This document shows, piece after piece, positions 12,601 through 27,600 of a stretch of 64,000 nucleotides of DNA. Positions within the stretch are counted from its first letter, which is position 1; the number at the start of each line of letters is the position of its first letter. The notes beneath the pieces were generated by a model. That model was given only the letters and a program-made list of their open reading frames with translations, searched no databases and was not told the origin of the DNA. A program made the position numbers and the translations under genes. This DNA comes from Tubiluchus corallicola (taxonomy: Eukaryota > Animalia > Priapulida), in contig JAQGDQ010000291.1 of NCBI GenBank assembly GCA_030141605.1, positions 230,618 to 294,617 of the forward strand, read 5' to 3'.

Positions 12601-15600
12601 AGCTGAGTAGGTAATTAATTTGCTGCATTGTGGCCACGTTTGATTACTAGCTTAAGTACACACGTATGCGCTGCTCTCCTGATAGTCTTACGAATCAATT
12701 ATTAGTGCTTTTCCAGTTTCCCAGAAAAAGGGATTCGCGTAGAGCAGTATAAAATTCTTTACACTTATATAACATATATGGCACTTCTGTGCTATTATAA
12801 GTCGTAAACTTATTTTCTCAGAACTTGTTTTGCAATTTGTAAATCTTTAGTCCTATTTGTGGCATTTCAGCCACTTAATAATTCTCGTATTGTTTAAATG
12901 GTCCTCACTCTAGTGGGGACTTCTGGAGTTAACTTGCTTAAAACTGCTAGATTGCAGTGTTTCCCTTTTTCGTCCATGGATGGCGCTGTATTGTTTGCAC
13001 CTGTTACATTTTTAACACTGACTTTACTACATGTTAACAATACGAACTTGTTTGCACCTGTTACATGTTTAACCATATGAACTTTTATTATGGCCAGTCG
13101 CTAAAAGTTTTATCGAATGAAAAGAAATTATCTAGAAGGAAAGTGAAATTGTGTTCACTTACATATACAAAATTAGCTTCATTAAGTACAAAGAAATTAT
13201 CTAGAAAGAAAGTGAAATTGTGTTCACTTACATATACATAATTAGCTTCATTAAGTACAAAGAAATTATCTAGAAGGAACGTGAAATAGTGTTCGCTTAC
13301 ATATACAAAATTAGCTTCATTAAGTACAAAGAAATTATCTAGAAGGAAAGTGAAATTGTGTTCGCTTACATATACAAAATTAGCTTCATTAAGTACAAAG
13401 AAATTATCTAGAAGGAAAGTGAAATTGTGTTTGTTTACATATACAAAATCAGCTTCATTAAGTACAAAGAAATTATCTAGAAGGAAAGTGAAATTGTTTT
13501 CGTTGACATATACAAAATTAGCTTCATTAAGTACAAGGAAATTATCTAGAAGGAAAGTGAAATTGTGTTCGCTTACATATACTAAATTAGCTTCATTAAG
13601 TACAAAAAAATTATCTAGAAGGAAAGTGAAATTGTGTTTGTTTACATATACAAAATTAGCTTCATTAAGTACAAGGAAATTATCTAGAAGGAAAGTGAAA
13701 TTGTGTTCGCTTACATATACAAAATTAGCTTCATTAAGTACAAAGAAATTATCTAGAAGGAAAGTGAAGTTTTGTTCGCTTACATATACAAAATTAGCTT
13801 CATTAAGTACAAAGAAATTATCTAGAAGGAAAGTGAAATTGTGTTCGCTTACATATACAAAATTAGCTTCATTAAGTACAAAGAAATTATCTAGAAGGAA
13901 AGTGAAATTGTGTTCGCTTACATATACAAAATCAGCTTCATTAAGTACAAAAAAATTATCTAGAAGGAAAGTGAAATTGTTTTCGCTTACATATACAAAA
14001 TTAGCTTCATTAAGTACAAGGAAATTATCTAGAAGGAAAGTGAAATTGTGTTCGCTTACATATACAAAATTAGCTTCATTAAGTACAAAGAAATTATCTA
14101 GAAGGAAAGTGAAATTTTGTTCGCTTACATATACAAAATTAGCTTCATTAAGTACAAAGAAATTATCTAGAAGGAAAGTGAAATTGTGTTCGCTTACATA
14201 TACAAAATTAGCTTCATTAAGTACAAAGAAATTATCTAGAAGGAAAGTGAAATTGTGTTCGCTTACATATACAAAATTTGCTTCATTAAGTACAAAAAAT
14301 TATCTAGAAGGAAAGTGAAATTGTGTTTGCTTACATATACAAAATTAGCTTCATTAAGTACAAAGAAATTATCTAGAATGAAAGTGAAATTGCATTCGCT
14401 TACATATACAAAATTAGCTTCATTAAGTACAAAGAAATTATCTAGAAGGAAAGTGAAATTGTGTTCGCTTACATATACAAAATTAGCTTCATTAAGTACG
14501 AACGGCTTCGAAAAGATGCATCTCACATTAGGACCTGTCGTATATTGTCATACATTCTGGACACGTGCGTATACGTCGCGCTCTTTAAACCGAGCGTAAT
14601 CTATTCATTTAGTTGCAGAGCTCGTGTTGCTTAACTTGCGTTATCGTTAAGTAAGTTTTGCAGCATCGTGTAACTGCTGAACCATCATACTTGTGTTATT
14701 AACAATTTACAAGTTATGAATCTAAATGTTGGCAAAGGGGGGAAGAGTTGTGCTCAGCTTACATTTCATTGGCTTTTAAAAATGTCAGTTTTTAGCATTT
14801 AAGCTGTGGTATTATTGCTACAACTTTTGCTCAGTATTAAAACAGACAACAAATGGATTTTTCTGAAAAGGAAAGACGTCTAATGCATCAAGAACTTCTA
14901 CGCTTTCTTGCTATTTGATTATTCAGTTAACCTTTCTGGTTTAAGATGCTGCTGGGCTGCATTCAATCAATTACGTAATTGGCGGATAAGGAAACTTTAA
15001 TGCTCTAATTAATATGGTGTGAAGTCTGTAATACCGGGTTCCCATGGTAACGTTTGCCGGATGACGTCACGAGAGTTAAATTTCTCGGATCTAAATCTGG
15101 AGAGACTACTTTAGTCTTAGCTTGGTTGCTGCTGTTGCTGCTAGTCAAAGATGATATAAATTTCGAGTCGGTAAAACGACCAACATTCTTAGAAGCAGAC
15201 GTTCCTGGAAGTTTAGAGAAAATCATATTCGCGTAACCACTAGTTATATTCGCATAACCGCCATATGTAATAAGAAAACATTCAAAATATTGTCTCAGCA
15301 AGAGTTCTAGCAAGGGAAAAGTGCTTAGACGTCAAAACATTGCGCTTTTATACGCTTAGTAAATCTCTAGTCAGATTAATGGCGACACGTAATTGTGTAA
15401 TTTTCGACTGTAATTCGAAGAGTGTTCCGTCTGTAAACGAAAGTTGATTTTGTCTAAATTCTAAGCGTGTAATTACGTTGTATTGATTTCGAGTATAATA
15501 CATTGCAGTGTAACAGGGCCTCAAGGTTGAGACAACAGCTTGTGCAAATGTACCACAATAAATTGCCCGTGATGATAGAAGTGTTCCTGTACCCAGACTG

Positions 15601-18600
15601 CGTACATGGAGCAGACAAAGCCTTTGCCACGACAGCAACTAGTGGTCCGCCCAGGGCACAGGGCATTCTGTTAGAGCAATGGACAGTACAGATGTTGCCC
15701 AAAAGGTTTGTTGTTTGAAATTTTATTTGTTGTCAAGTAGGGGGAAGCACTGTCACCTGTCACAGCTTCGTGTTTTCAGTGTTCAGAGATACTTGAAAAC
15801 AAAGTAAAAAACTAGTGATATAAGTGACACGATTACAATGTTTTAATTGTTCTTACAAATTTTGCTAATTATATGAGTTGAATAATTAATGAGATACTGG
15901 CATATTGTGCCTGATTTTTTGAATTTCATTAACTCCTATTTTGTAAATCGAGTTTTATACTACCGACGTATCTGAATCATATAACATTTTTCATTGTCGA
16001 TCAAAACTCTGCATATTTAAACCTGTTTATCATTCAGTTTGAAATATACGTGTATTATAAACCGGAGCTGTCTAAAAAAACAGAACATTACACCACAGAA
16101 TGAATCATCTGTTCATCTTTTTTTAGAAGTGCCAAACTAATTTATAGTAACAACCATGACAAACATAGTAACAAACATTTATTGCCAGGTATATAATATA
16201 CTGTATTTTACTAAAAGCTGTCTGTTATTTCTAATGTTTTAGAGACATTGGTGGTAAAATTACTACTTACATGTTACTACAAGCTGCTCGCTCTTACCTT
16301 TACTTCTCTCAGCTGAGTGCTTGGTGGAATGTGACACAGGGAACGAGTCCCGTCAATGTAGGATATAGGTAAAACTCTTACATTTTTAATTATCAGAATG
16401 TCGTGAGTTTGTAGTTAATTGCTAAAAACGTTTTCCATTTGCCAGGCATAAAACAAGCGAGCATCGTTATGAAACGAGACGTACTGCAAAGATGCATTAT
16501 TGCCTTGCATTGTGCTTTAAAAATGCATTGTGCAACTTTTGTGCAGTGTATACACAACTGTTACTAATAGCGGTCCTATTGGACATTCTTGAATCAGTTA
16601 CTGTAATCAGTATAATGGTATAGTCAGTCAGTCAGTCAGTCCAGTCAGTCAGTCAGTCAGTCAGTCAGTCAGTCAGTCAGTCAGTCAGTCAGTCAGTCAG
16701 TCAGTCAGTCAGTCAGTCAGTCAGTCAGTCAGTCAGTCAGTCAGTCAGTCAGTCAGTCAGTCAGTCAGTCAGTCAGTCAGTCAGTCAGTTATTCAGTCAT
16801 CAATCATCAGTCATCTATCATCCTGCCTGTATACTGCATTAACTGTGAAAACATCTTCCATTGGCTTACATAAATCATTTATAGCCTAGAACAGACTGTT
16901 GTCAATTTTTATCCTTCAAAATCTGCAAAGTAAGCATCTGCTGCATAATCTAATGCCTTTATTTATTTAAATAGCTCCCTCAATTTTTCGCTAAAAGATA
17001 AAAAGAGACTCTCAGGTTGGATCATTGATGTGCTTGTTCAAAAACTCTGTAATCTATTAAAAAATTTCGTTTCTTTTTGTTATGTAGGCTGTGTGTGCCA
17101 GGCGAAGCCGTGTGTGGTAAATTCGAAGGAGGGACAGACATGCATACTTTTCCATCGCCCAGCGTCAGCAAGTCTCTAGCCATGAAGATTACAGTGCAGG
17201 CTCGTACACGGAGCTCGTCTATACCATCGGTGCTGTGTTTTGAGAGTCACTGTCAAGCACAGGCGCAGAGTGCTGCAAAGAACACATTTGCCTGTGATGG
17301 TAAGAAAGTTCTGTGACGGATAAATAAGAAGTAGTGATGTGTGTGGATCATTTTGTTAAGTGCGAAAACATGTTTAGAAATGTGTAAAAAGAACGAAAAA
17401 CAGCTAAAAGTTCAATTGTTGAATTGCATTACTTTCAGTTCGTAAGCTCAATTATTAGGTTACATATTACAGTATCAACTTTGAAGTATTAATATGTTTT
17501 ACTTGTTCTAAACAAACATGATTCGATCTATTTGGGATTACATTTTGATCAAATACCTAACAGTAATTTGCTTATTTACACTCTTCTTTGACAAAAGAAA
17601 CATTGATTTATATGATGCTTTACAACTATTGCTTACATTGGTTACAACTATTGTTTACATTGTTTACAACTATTGTTTACAATGGTATACAAATGGGAGT
17701 TTAACACCAAGACAAAACTTTAACTTTTTATGTCCTGCTGACAGTTTATTTGTCTCAGTGCTTATATCAAATTGATGTAGCTTTGTTCTTAAGGGGTTTA
17801 GTGGTTCCAAGAAATTTTGTAGTTTTACTGTAATGGAGATGGTAGTTTTTTCATTGTCATGTAAATATGCCTGGTCGCAGATACTTGTTTGGTGCTACTT
17901 GGTAAAGCACCACTTAGATATTATAAAAGATATTGTTTCTAGACGCATGAACTGTGTATTGTATTGTACTTTGTATTTATATTTTTGTTTGTTATATTTT
18001 CAGCTAGTACTGGTGCTAGAAGTAAGAAGAAATCAACCAAGAAGGATAACGAAGACGTACCTCAAACTAAGCAAAAATCCGAATCGCGGGAAAACAGCTC
18101 TCCGTATCGATGCCAAGGCCTTGATGATGTCAGTGCACTTCGGAGTTCTCCTCCTGTGGACATTCCTGAAAACTCCTGGAAGAAACTAGGGAAATCCTCC
18201 GATGAATCCGACCATGATGTGTCTCCGCGCACCTACTGCGAGAGGAAGACGGCTAATCGGATGCGACGACGACGGCCCACCGGACCCTTCAGTATTAATG
18301 ACAAACTTTCTTTACCACAACCTGACATAGTGTGCAATGAGACGGGAGCTTGTCAACAAGGGTTCTACGATTGCTGTCCAGATAATGAATTCACTGTGAA
18401 TAGGTTAGAAGTATCTTATGACACTGAAGTGGAAAAACTAAAAAATGAAGCCATGAATTCCTTGTCAAATCAATCAGATGCAACGTACTCTAGGATGGGC
18501 TTCTTTCGCAGAGATCCAGCTGAGGATGACGAGGCAAATGGCCACATGAGCAGAAAGATGAAGTGGCTGAAGCAGAAAGAACTGATGCGAAAACAGAACA

Positions 18601-21600
18601 TGGAAAAGCTTTACCTTCAACAAAGAAAGGTGCAGAATGTTGCTGAGATACCTCTTCACACCGAGTCTGGGTCCTCCTTTCCTCATAGGGATGGTTTAGC
18701 TGAGGAGGAAAGAAACAGTAAGACTGTGAAGCCGTTTAATCTGAAAAGCCATCAACCATTATCAGGAGGTGGCTTTGATCTGAAGCATTCTGCAGCAGAA
18801 ATTATTCCAACTAGGGAAAATCCCGCAAGCAGTAGTAATGAATCTGTTGTTGTAAGTGACATGAGCAGCAAAAGTACTAGTGTCCCTGCAGAAACAAGCT
18901 CGTTGCTCTCAGTTCCGTACGAGAACAACAGGTCATTGCCCGTTGCGAGGACGTTATTTAAAGCTGTCGAGGGAGAACAAAACGACGATAAAGCAAAAAG
19001 AGACGGCAACAATAGCGCGACGCTCGGATCGTCTCCAGTGCGTAAAGGAAGTGAGTTGCCGTCGTTGCCGAACCCTGCAAGTGAACGGGCAACAGAAGGA
19101 TTGATGCCAGACAGCTTGAAGATGATTGCTATGGCTCAAGTGAAAAAATATTGTGATAAATCAATCGACTGTGATCTATTTTATGTTGCTGTACAAACCA
19201 AAGCAAAACTACTACAGGCTACAAATACTCAAGGAGAAATCAAGAGTAAAAAAGAAAAAATACCATCCAGTGAGGTCGCTCACGACGGATGGGGTGAATG
19301 TGCACCCAAGTCCAGTGTTAATGATGAGACTGCTGGTGATGGCAAAACAAAGTGCAAGTTTTATGTCTCTAACGAGGATGATGAAGTATCGCTGCAGAGA
19401 TTAGAACATCAGATACAGAAAACACAGAAGTGTCTACAGCGCCTCTCTTTTTCTCAGGAAAATAGCTTGACAACACAAGTCTGTGATGTATCTTCCACCG
19501 TTGTAGAAAATTACAAGACCGATAAAGTTGCAGAATCGAGTTCGAGTCAATTACGTAGTTCCTCTGATGGTAGCAGTATCGGCAGCAGCATGCCAGAAAA
19601 CGATGGTTTTATGGATTCACTTAACAAAAGGAAAGTGATGAACTCATCACCTGATTTTCAGACGTGCGATGATTCTGCCAAACATTCTGGTGCTTCATCT
19701 AAACCCAGCTTTACTTTGGGCGACGTTGGTGAACTAGAAATTAGTTCGTCATCTGACATGTCAGAGTTGTCCTGTGATGAGAGACAAGTTACGGACAACC
19801 TTCCAATTCACGCTGGCCCGTTTTCCAGGGTCCCGCGTAGTCCAACCGACTTGAAATCAAATTTCTATGCAGCACCTTGTGCAGGACTTGCCAAAAACAA
19901 AGGGCTTCTCAGAAACCTTTTTAAAAGTGAAAAGGGAAATGAAAGGCAAAAGAACGAAGAAGAGGTATGTAACAATTGATATTAGTACTTGATATTTATG
20001 TGAAGGTGTATAAATGTGTCATTAGGCCTGAAGGTGTATAAATGTCTGATTAGACCTGAAGGTGTATGAATGTCTCATTGGGCCTGAAGGTGCATAAATG
20101 TCTCATTGGGCCTGAAGGTATATAAGTGTCTCATTAGGCCTGAATGTGTATAAATGTCTCATTAGGCCTGAAGGTATATAAATGTCTCATTAGGCCTGAA
20201 GGTGTATAAATGTATCATTAGGCCTGAAGGTATGTAAATGTACCATTAGACCTGAAGGTGTATAAATGTCTCATTAGGCCTGAAGGTATATAAATGTCTC
20301 ATTAGGCCTGAAGGCATATAAATGTCTCATTAGGCCTGAAGGTGTATAAATGTATCATTAGGCCTGAAGGTGTATAAATGTATCATTAGACCTGAAGGTA
20401 TGTAAATGTATCATTAGACCTGAAGGTGTATAAATGTCTCATTAGGCCTGAAGGTATACAAATGTCTCATTAGGCCTGAAGGCATATAAATGTCTCATTA
20501 GGCCTGAAGGTGTATAAATGTATCATTAGACCTGAAGGTGTATAAATGTATCATTAGGCCTGAAGGTGTATAAATGTCTCATTAGACCTGAAGGTGTATA
20601 AATGTATCATTAGGCCTGAAGGTATATAAATGTCTCATTAGGCCTGAAGGCATATAAATGTCTCATTAGGCCCGAAGGTGTATAAATGTATCATTAGGCC
20701 TGAAGGTGTATAAGAATGTCTCATTGGGCCTGAAGGTGTGTAAATATCACATTAAGCCTGAAGGTGTATAAATGTCTCATTAGGCCTGAAGATGTGTAAA
20801 TGTCTCATTGAGCCTGAAGGTGTATAAATGTCTCATTAGGCCTGATGGTGTATAAATGTCTCATTAGGCCTATAACTTTTGTCGCTTAAAATATCAAGTT
20901 GTCTTAAATTTTCATTTTATGTTGTACTTGAGTTTGTCTGTCGGTATGACTGATGTTGGTACTGATTTGTTTACAGAACTTTTGTAAGTTTAGTTTCATA
21001 TAGCGATGAAATATTTTTTACAGTCAAATGAGGTTTTTGCTCAAGCACCTTACAAGTCAGTACCATCTGCGATGGATCGGACTCGCTTTAGACGCTCGTT
21101 AGACAGTGCGGCCAGTATGATCTTCAACAGAAAGACAAATTTGCCGTCTTCTAGTAGTCCGGTGAGTAGCCTATGCATGAACATAATGAGAAAATGAAAT
21201 TTCTTGAAAACTTGCTGATAATTTCACTTTCGGCATCAGTGCTTTCCTTAAAACAGTGGCAACTAACGATATCATTAATTAATTGTGACTGTTTGCCAGG
21301 ATTTTTATAAACCATCTCGACTAGTCCACAGTTTTTTAGTGTCTCCTTTCTCCAAGTCATTACCCTCAATGGTTTATAAAAATTCTCGCAGTCACAGTCA
21401 TAATTAATTAATGATTTCACTTTCTTTGATAAACATTTTTTTAAAGGAAAACCGGATGACTGTGTAAACATTAGTTCAGAATAAAGAATGCTCTGAAATA
21501 TTGAAAACTACAACAGCTTATTTTAAATCAAAGCTTAGATTAAATAATAATTACCTCGAATACTCAAATTTCGTTAAACTTTCAAAGCTGCGCTCAGCCC

Positions 21601-24600
21601 GGTGAATCTACTAAGATTGGCAACGATGCCTTTTTGTCACGTTCCCGTGGCCGACAAATAGAAGACGGTACCGTGATAACCATGATCATGAACTGCAGTG
21701 TTAGTTTCTGACGTCATATGATGTAGCGCCCATTTTCGTGACATCATGCATTTAAACAGTACTGTAACACTTACGTGAATGTGCTTGATATGCATGGGAA
21801 GACGCCTGCCATTGCACAAACTGTGGTTAATTTGTGACGTTAGCAACAGCTCTATTGGGTTGCCATTAATTTAAAATTCTAAGCTAAGTATTCAAATATA
21901 AGAAACAATTGCTAATTTTTATAGGGAAGAAAATGTATATTTTGGACAGTAAATTAAAATGAGATTGGGTCTAAACAATCGTCCGGTCTTTCTTTAATAT
22001 CCTAAATGAAGTTCCTTTAGATCAGAAAGATGGGCATCTTTGGAAAAGGATCTCAAGTAACAGTCGTTTTTTTGTGCAACTTTATTTAAGTTTAGTCTTG
22101 CAGGAGAGTGTGTTTTCTTTTAAGTTAGCAAGGGCATTTTTCCTTGATGCAAATGTGAATTTGGAGGCGATTTCTTCGCTGCTCTACTTTCAATTTGCTG
22201 ATAAAGTCGTAAGGAATCATTACGTCGGGAAGTGCAAGAATGAGTGAAAGAGAAAAGGAAAGAGTAAAGCAAAATTAAATAGGAAAGACCGCAACAAGAT
22301 AGATAGACGAGCGGTAAAAAAGAAACAGAATGAAGGAAGAGAATAGGAGGGTTTTTTTGTAATGCTGTTAAATTTAATTAGTTCTGCCATTTCATTCATC
22401 ATCATCATCATACGCCCGTCACGTCTATTGTAGACATTGGGCAGGCAGAATTCTAAAATAAAAGAATTCTGCCTTCAGACAGGTAAACGCAGCAGTAATC
22501 CAGCAAAAAAGTAGACACTGCTACGCCAGTGGCTTGTCAGCACCACTTCCAAAAAGTGCTGTCATTTCATTCCATGTTAATTGACTATGTATGATTATTT
22601 GTATAAAATTCATTCGGAGGGGAATCCTTGATCTGGAAAAGTTGCTCCACTTCATACCAACTTAACAACGAGCAGCAAAGTGTTTTTTTCATCCACACGG
22701 CAGCTCCATTTTCTCTTCTTGGAAAGTCTATTGCAGAAACATATATGAGTTGAACTCATTTTAGTTAAAAATAACTTCTGTTGTATGTCTTATGTGCAGC
22801 AGTATTCCTTACATCCTTTGTGACTTATTTTATTTAAAAAATATGTTTGGCCTTTTTTCAAATTAGTCAAACAGTTTTCAATATGCATTTGAATGTGATG
22901 CGATCGAAACATTATTGTTTTGCATAATTTTTTCAGGCACCTTTGCGTCGAGGCAACAGTGCATTTGAGTTTGACCCGATGTTGACACGTGTCTCAAATA
23001 TAAAATAGTAAGTAGTGAAAATGACTTGAGTGGAAGGAGATGAGACTTAAGGATAACAGCAGTGGTGGTCGGGGTATAGGCACTGTGGAACTGCAGCCAA
23101 TTTTCACTCATTATTATTGATAACATTCTATATAATAAGTCTCTTCTTTAAGTCTTCTTGTATGGAACCAGAACACGTGATGGACATGTGCACTTCGTTG
23201 ATCCAATGAAGTGGTGTTTGGCTGTTGTACGCATGCGGCTGTGCACACATGTTTGAAATAAGAAGCTTCACTCTAGGTAGAGAGAGTACTGTTACTCGCG
23301 CAGTGCCGACCCTGTTCTGCAAGTGCTGTTTCTTTTTGAATCAGCGTGTGGGTTGTGCTTAAAAGCCATGTATAATATTCTTGAATGTGAACAAGTGTAG
23401 AATTAGATAATTATCATGCTTTCAGCTATTCTATGTAATTCATAGTTTTTCAACTTGTTTTATTTTACGAAAAATTAAAATAAATTAATCATGACCTCCT
23501 TACATCCCCAGAAATAAGTATATATTATTTAATACACAATATAAAATCAATGGTAAAAGTTTTTTCAAGTAGCACTCCCACTAATCTTAGCTACGAGCCG
23601 CCGCTGGATAACAGTCACATTACGTGAGAGATCATTGTGTTTATTAACATGTGAAAATGTTTATTGCTCTAATGTGAATTTGACCCACTGGCCAGGCATG
23701 GCAGAAGATCAGAGATTTGAAATGATGTTGAATTATGCTAGTACAAGTACGTTTTGAGTTGATGTAATGTTTGATTTGTGGTTGAATAGAAATACTTATC
23801 TGCAATTCTCATGTATCGACTTTCCATTTGCTAAGAACCAATAACTGTAATAATAGAATGTGATTTTTGCACAGTAATTTTTCTTTATACAATGAGTAAC
23901 ATGTGTTTTTCACACATATGATTGTTCTACACAATGCGTAGTTACACAATGACTAACTTGTGTTTCTCACATATGATTGTTCTACACAATGCCTAGTTAC
24001 AATGACTAACTTGTGTTTTTCACACATATGATTGTTCTATACAATGCCTAGTTCACAATGACTAACTTGTGTTTTTCACACATGTGATTGTTCTACACAA
24101 TGACTAACTTGTGTTTTTCACACATATGATTGTTCTACACAATGCCTAGTTAAACAATGACTAACTTGTGTTTCTCACACATATGATTGTTCTACACAAT
24201 GCATAGTTACACAATGACTAACTTGTGTTTCTCACACATATGATTGTTCTACACAATGCCTAGTTACACAATGACTAACTTGTGTTTCTCACATATGATT
24301 GTTCTACACAATGCCTAGTTACAATGACTAACTTGTGTTTTTCACACATATGATTGTTCTACACAATGCCTAGTTACACAATGACTAACTTGTGTTTTTC
24401 ACACATATGATTGTTCTATACAATGCCTAGTTCACAATGACTAACTTGTGTTTTTCACACATGTGATTGTTCTACACAATGCCTAGTTACACAATGACTA
24501 ACTTGTGTTTTTCACACATATGATTGTTCTACACAATGCCTAGTTAAACAATGACTAACTTGTGTTTTTCACACATATAATTGTTCTACACAATGAATAG

Positions 24601-27600
24601 TTACTAATTATTGATTTTTTCAGTGCATTGTCATGTTCCAAACTAGAATGCCAGAAGAATGAAACGGAGAATGATTGTTCATCTGGTCCATTAAGCACCA
24701 GTGCACCTGCTTCATCAAGTTCCAGCCTACTTGGTAATTTTGAGGTAATTTTGTTTAAATTTTAATGGATTGTGGTATTTGAAATACGAGAGAGCTCCCC
24801 TGAGACTGGTCATGATTGATAGAGAGAAATGTAATGCTCTTTATAGTCTCGAAGATTATAATATTTAATTAGCTCCTTTCGGCTTAGCGGGCATTGTCAG
24901 CTGATTAGAAAGTGCTGGTAACCTGACAGCAGGTAACCGGATTGTAATATTTAAACTTTCTGTAGCGTCTCATATTGTTTTGTGATTCAGAATTTTATAT
25001 TCGAACATGACTGTGCCTTACATAGTAGCTAAGTATTTCCATCGCTAGTAGTAACACATGCTGAGTGTGTTGTGCTTATAGAATCATTACTTTCCTTTGC
25101 AAAGTTGAGATATTCTTTTAAACTAGCAAATGCCCCGCAAAAAATGTTGTGTATAAATACACTTGTAATCAATAATACGTGAACCTCCTACATAGTCCTC
25201 ATTTATAACCCAAAGCCGGCAGCGGCTTTTACTGAATTAAAGTTAAAAAGTTGTAGACAGAGTATAATGGAATGACATCAGGACTATGCAAAATGTCAGC
25301 AGTTTTCCAAGCGAGAATTGCCAAAAATGGAACCTCTAGTCAACTCACCGCAGCTCCTTTTGGTGGAGGCCTCCCGAAATGCAACCATTGTCATCGTGTG
25401 GCCCTGTTCCTTCTCTTTCTAGGTGATAAACTGTGACAACGAAATTACGTAGGGAAGGTTGAAATGGTTGATAAATGGCTGTTCCTTGTATAGCTTTTTT
25501 GAAAATGGGTTTATGTGTGCCAGCTTTTCATCCATGTCTGTGTGCGTTTGTGTCGAAGAAAATGACAATGTTCTTAAATATTTCATGTGCTAGCCACATT
25601 ACTCATTCGGCATTTTCACATTTTTCAGGAAAGCGTGCTAAATGGGCGACTAGAACCGTCGGGAACGGTGGAAGGTTTTACAGCAGAGATCGGAGCAAGC
25701 GGATCATTCTGCCCCGCCCATATTAATCTGCCCGTCACTGCTTTCTTCTACAATGTATCTGAAGACGACGCTCCTTCTCCGTATTTGGTATGTTTGCAAA
25801 TCATAATTATTATTTTGCTTCGATACTTCTTACTTGAAGAGATGTCACTAAAAACTCGTCATATTCGCTTTGTTGTTTCTTGTTATTAAATCGTTCTTTA
25901 AAATTAAATTTCGTTTTTATTTTAGGGACGCATTTAAAATTAAACTTTTTTATTTTAGGGACATATCAATCTGGGAAAGAAGGGATATAGGGTACCCAAC
26001 AAGGGAACAATACAAGTGGTAAGTTTGTAATAATAATAATAATAATAATCTTTATTTAAAGTCGGCTTTCAGGTCAACAATTAACATTAGCTCAAAGAGC
26101 TATTATCGCCGACTGTAAATAACAACCTGCAAATACATAACAGAGACTATTATTGCCCCACTTTTACCCTAAAAACCACGCGTCAGGCAGGGCAACAGCA
26201 GGTACCGTTTTAAAAGTCTTTGGTATGACCCGGCCGTTGGTTCGAACTCACGACCTCCCAGACGAAAAGCAGACGCATTACCATTAGACTAAACCGTCTT
26301 GTATGTCATAAAACCAAAGACGAAAATATGGAATTGGTTACTGAACATTAGTCAATTGAACATAAAATGTACGTTGGTTGAAGTGTGGCATGATAATGAA
26401 TTACGACAGCTAGAAATGGGATAATACGTAGTAAAGAGACTTTTTAACTTTCAAAATTATGAACTTTTTAATATGCTGGTGAAGTATAATTACCTACATG
26501 TGATTATAGAGAAAGTTTGCCAGCTGGTGGTAGTGGGTGCTGTGAATGTGGAAGCTTGTTGCAAAGCTCTGCAAAAAAACAATATTGTTCAAATGATTCA
26601 ACCAAAGGAATTATCCAATGTACCAGTGTGCCTTCAAAGTAATATTTTTTGTTTATCGACCGAGCTTTCAATGAAAAAATCGTTGAAGGTATATAAAGAG
26701 AGTTACATGCTGATTTGTGTGCTTCCTTGCCTCGAGAGACTGTGACTTTTTGTAGATTTTTGAAGAAATTTGTGAAATATTGTAATGCGGAATGACGCAT
26801 GAACTTTATCTGATATATCTTAAGGTACCTTGAAAACAAGCAGGTCTAAGTCGCACCTGATTATGGGCATGTTTTATCTTACGGCTTCCAAATTCATACT
26901 ACATATAATTCCCTCCTTTCTTAGTGGCTTCGAACGGATTTAGTACAAAATGTGCTGCTTTTTTGTCTTTCAGACGCTCTTTAATCCAAACAAGACTGTT
27001 GTTAAAATGTTTGTTGTCATGTACGATCTGACGGATATGCCAGTCAATAGTCAAACGTTTCTTCGCCAACGAACGTTCTATATGCCACCAGGTGCCGTTT
27101 CAACAGACGATGGACCGCTCAGGTTTCTTATCCATTTAAGGTAACCATCTTATAACACAAAAATGAATGTGGGAGCAGCCACTGCGTTTTATTGCATTTG
27201 AGACCATTTTTGTGGCTGCTAGAAGTTATTTCCTCAAGTTGTTGACAGTTAAGCTCGTGTTACCTGAAATTTTTGACTCATAATTGCACACCAATATACC
27301 GATGTGCATATGTTTTGAAAAGTAGAACCCTTGCGATGTGATTTTTGCCGGTATTAAATTTTAATAAAGCCACCTGATGGCATTTATCAAATCATTCTAA
27401 TGCTTATAATCCTGAGAAATTATTCTTTTGATGTGTTGCAATTGCTACTGTGAAAGGAAGTCCTAGCTCATTGGGCTCACCTCCTATATCCGCCGTTAAG
27501 CAAGCTGTTACTAATTACGAGTTGGAGTGAGGTATATATTGATTTGATCAATATTGTTACGGCTTTCAATGCACGTATCCTTAGATTCGGGAGTAGGAAG

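Noticed and set aside
13350-14599. 322-aa Lys/Leu/Ser repeat ORF
   Set aside because: Translation of an intronic 69-bp minisatellite, with a frameshift and a stop in some units.
26225-26295. tRNA gene
   Set aside because: A/B boxes are present, but there is no convincing cloverleaf and it runs into a SINE body and tail.
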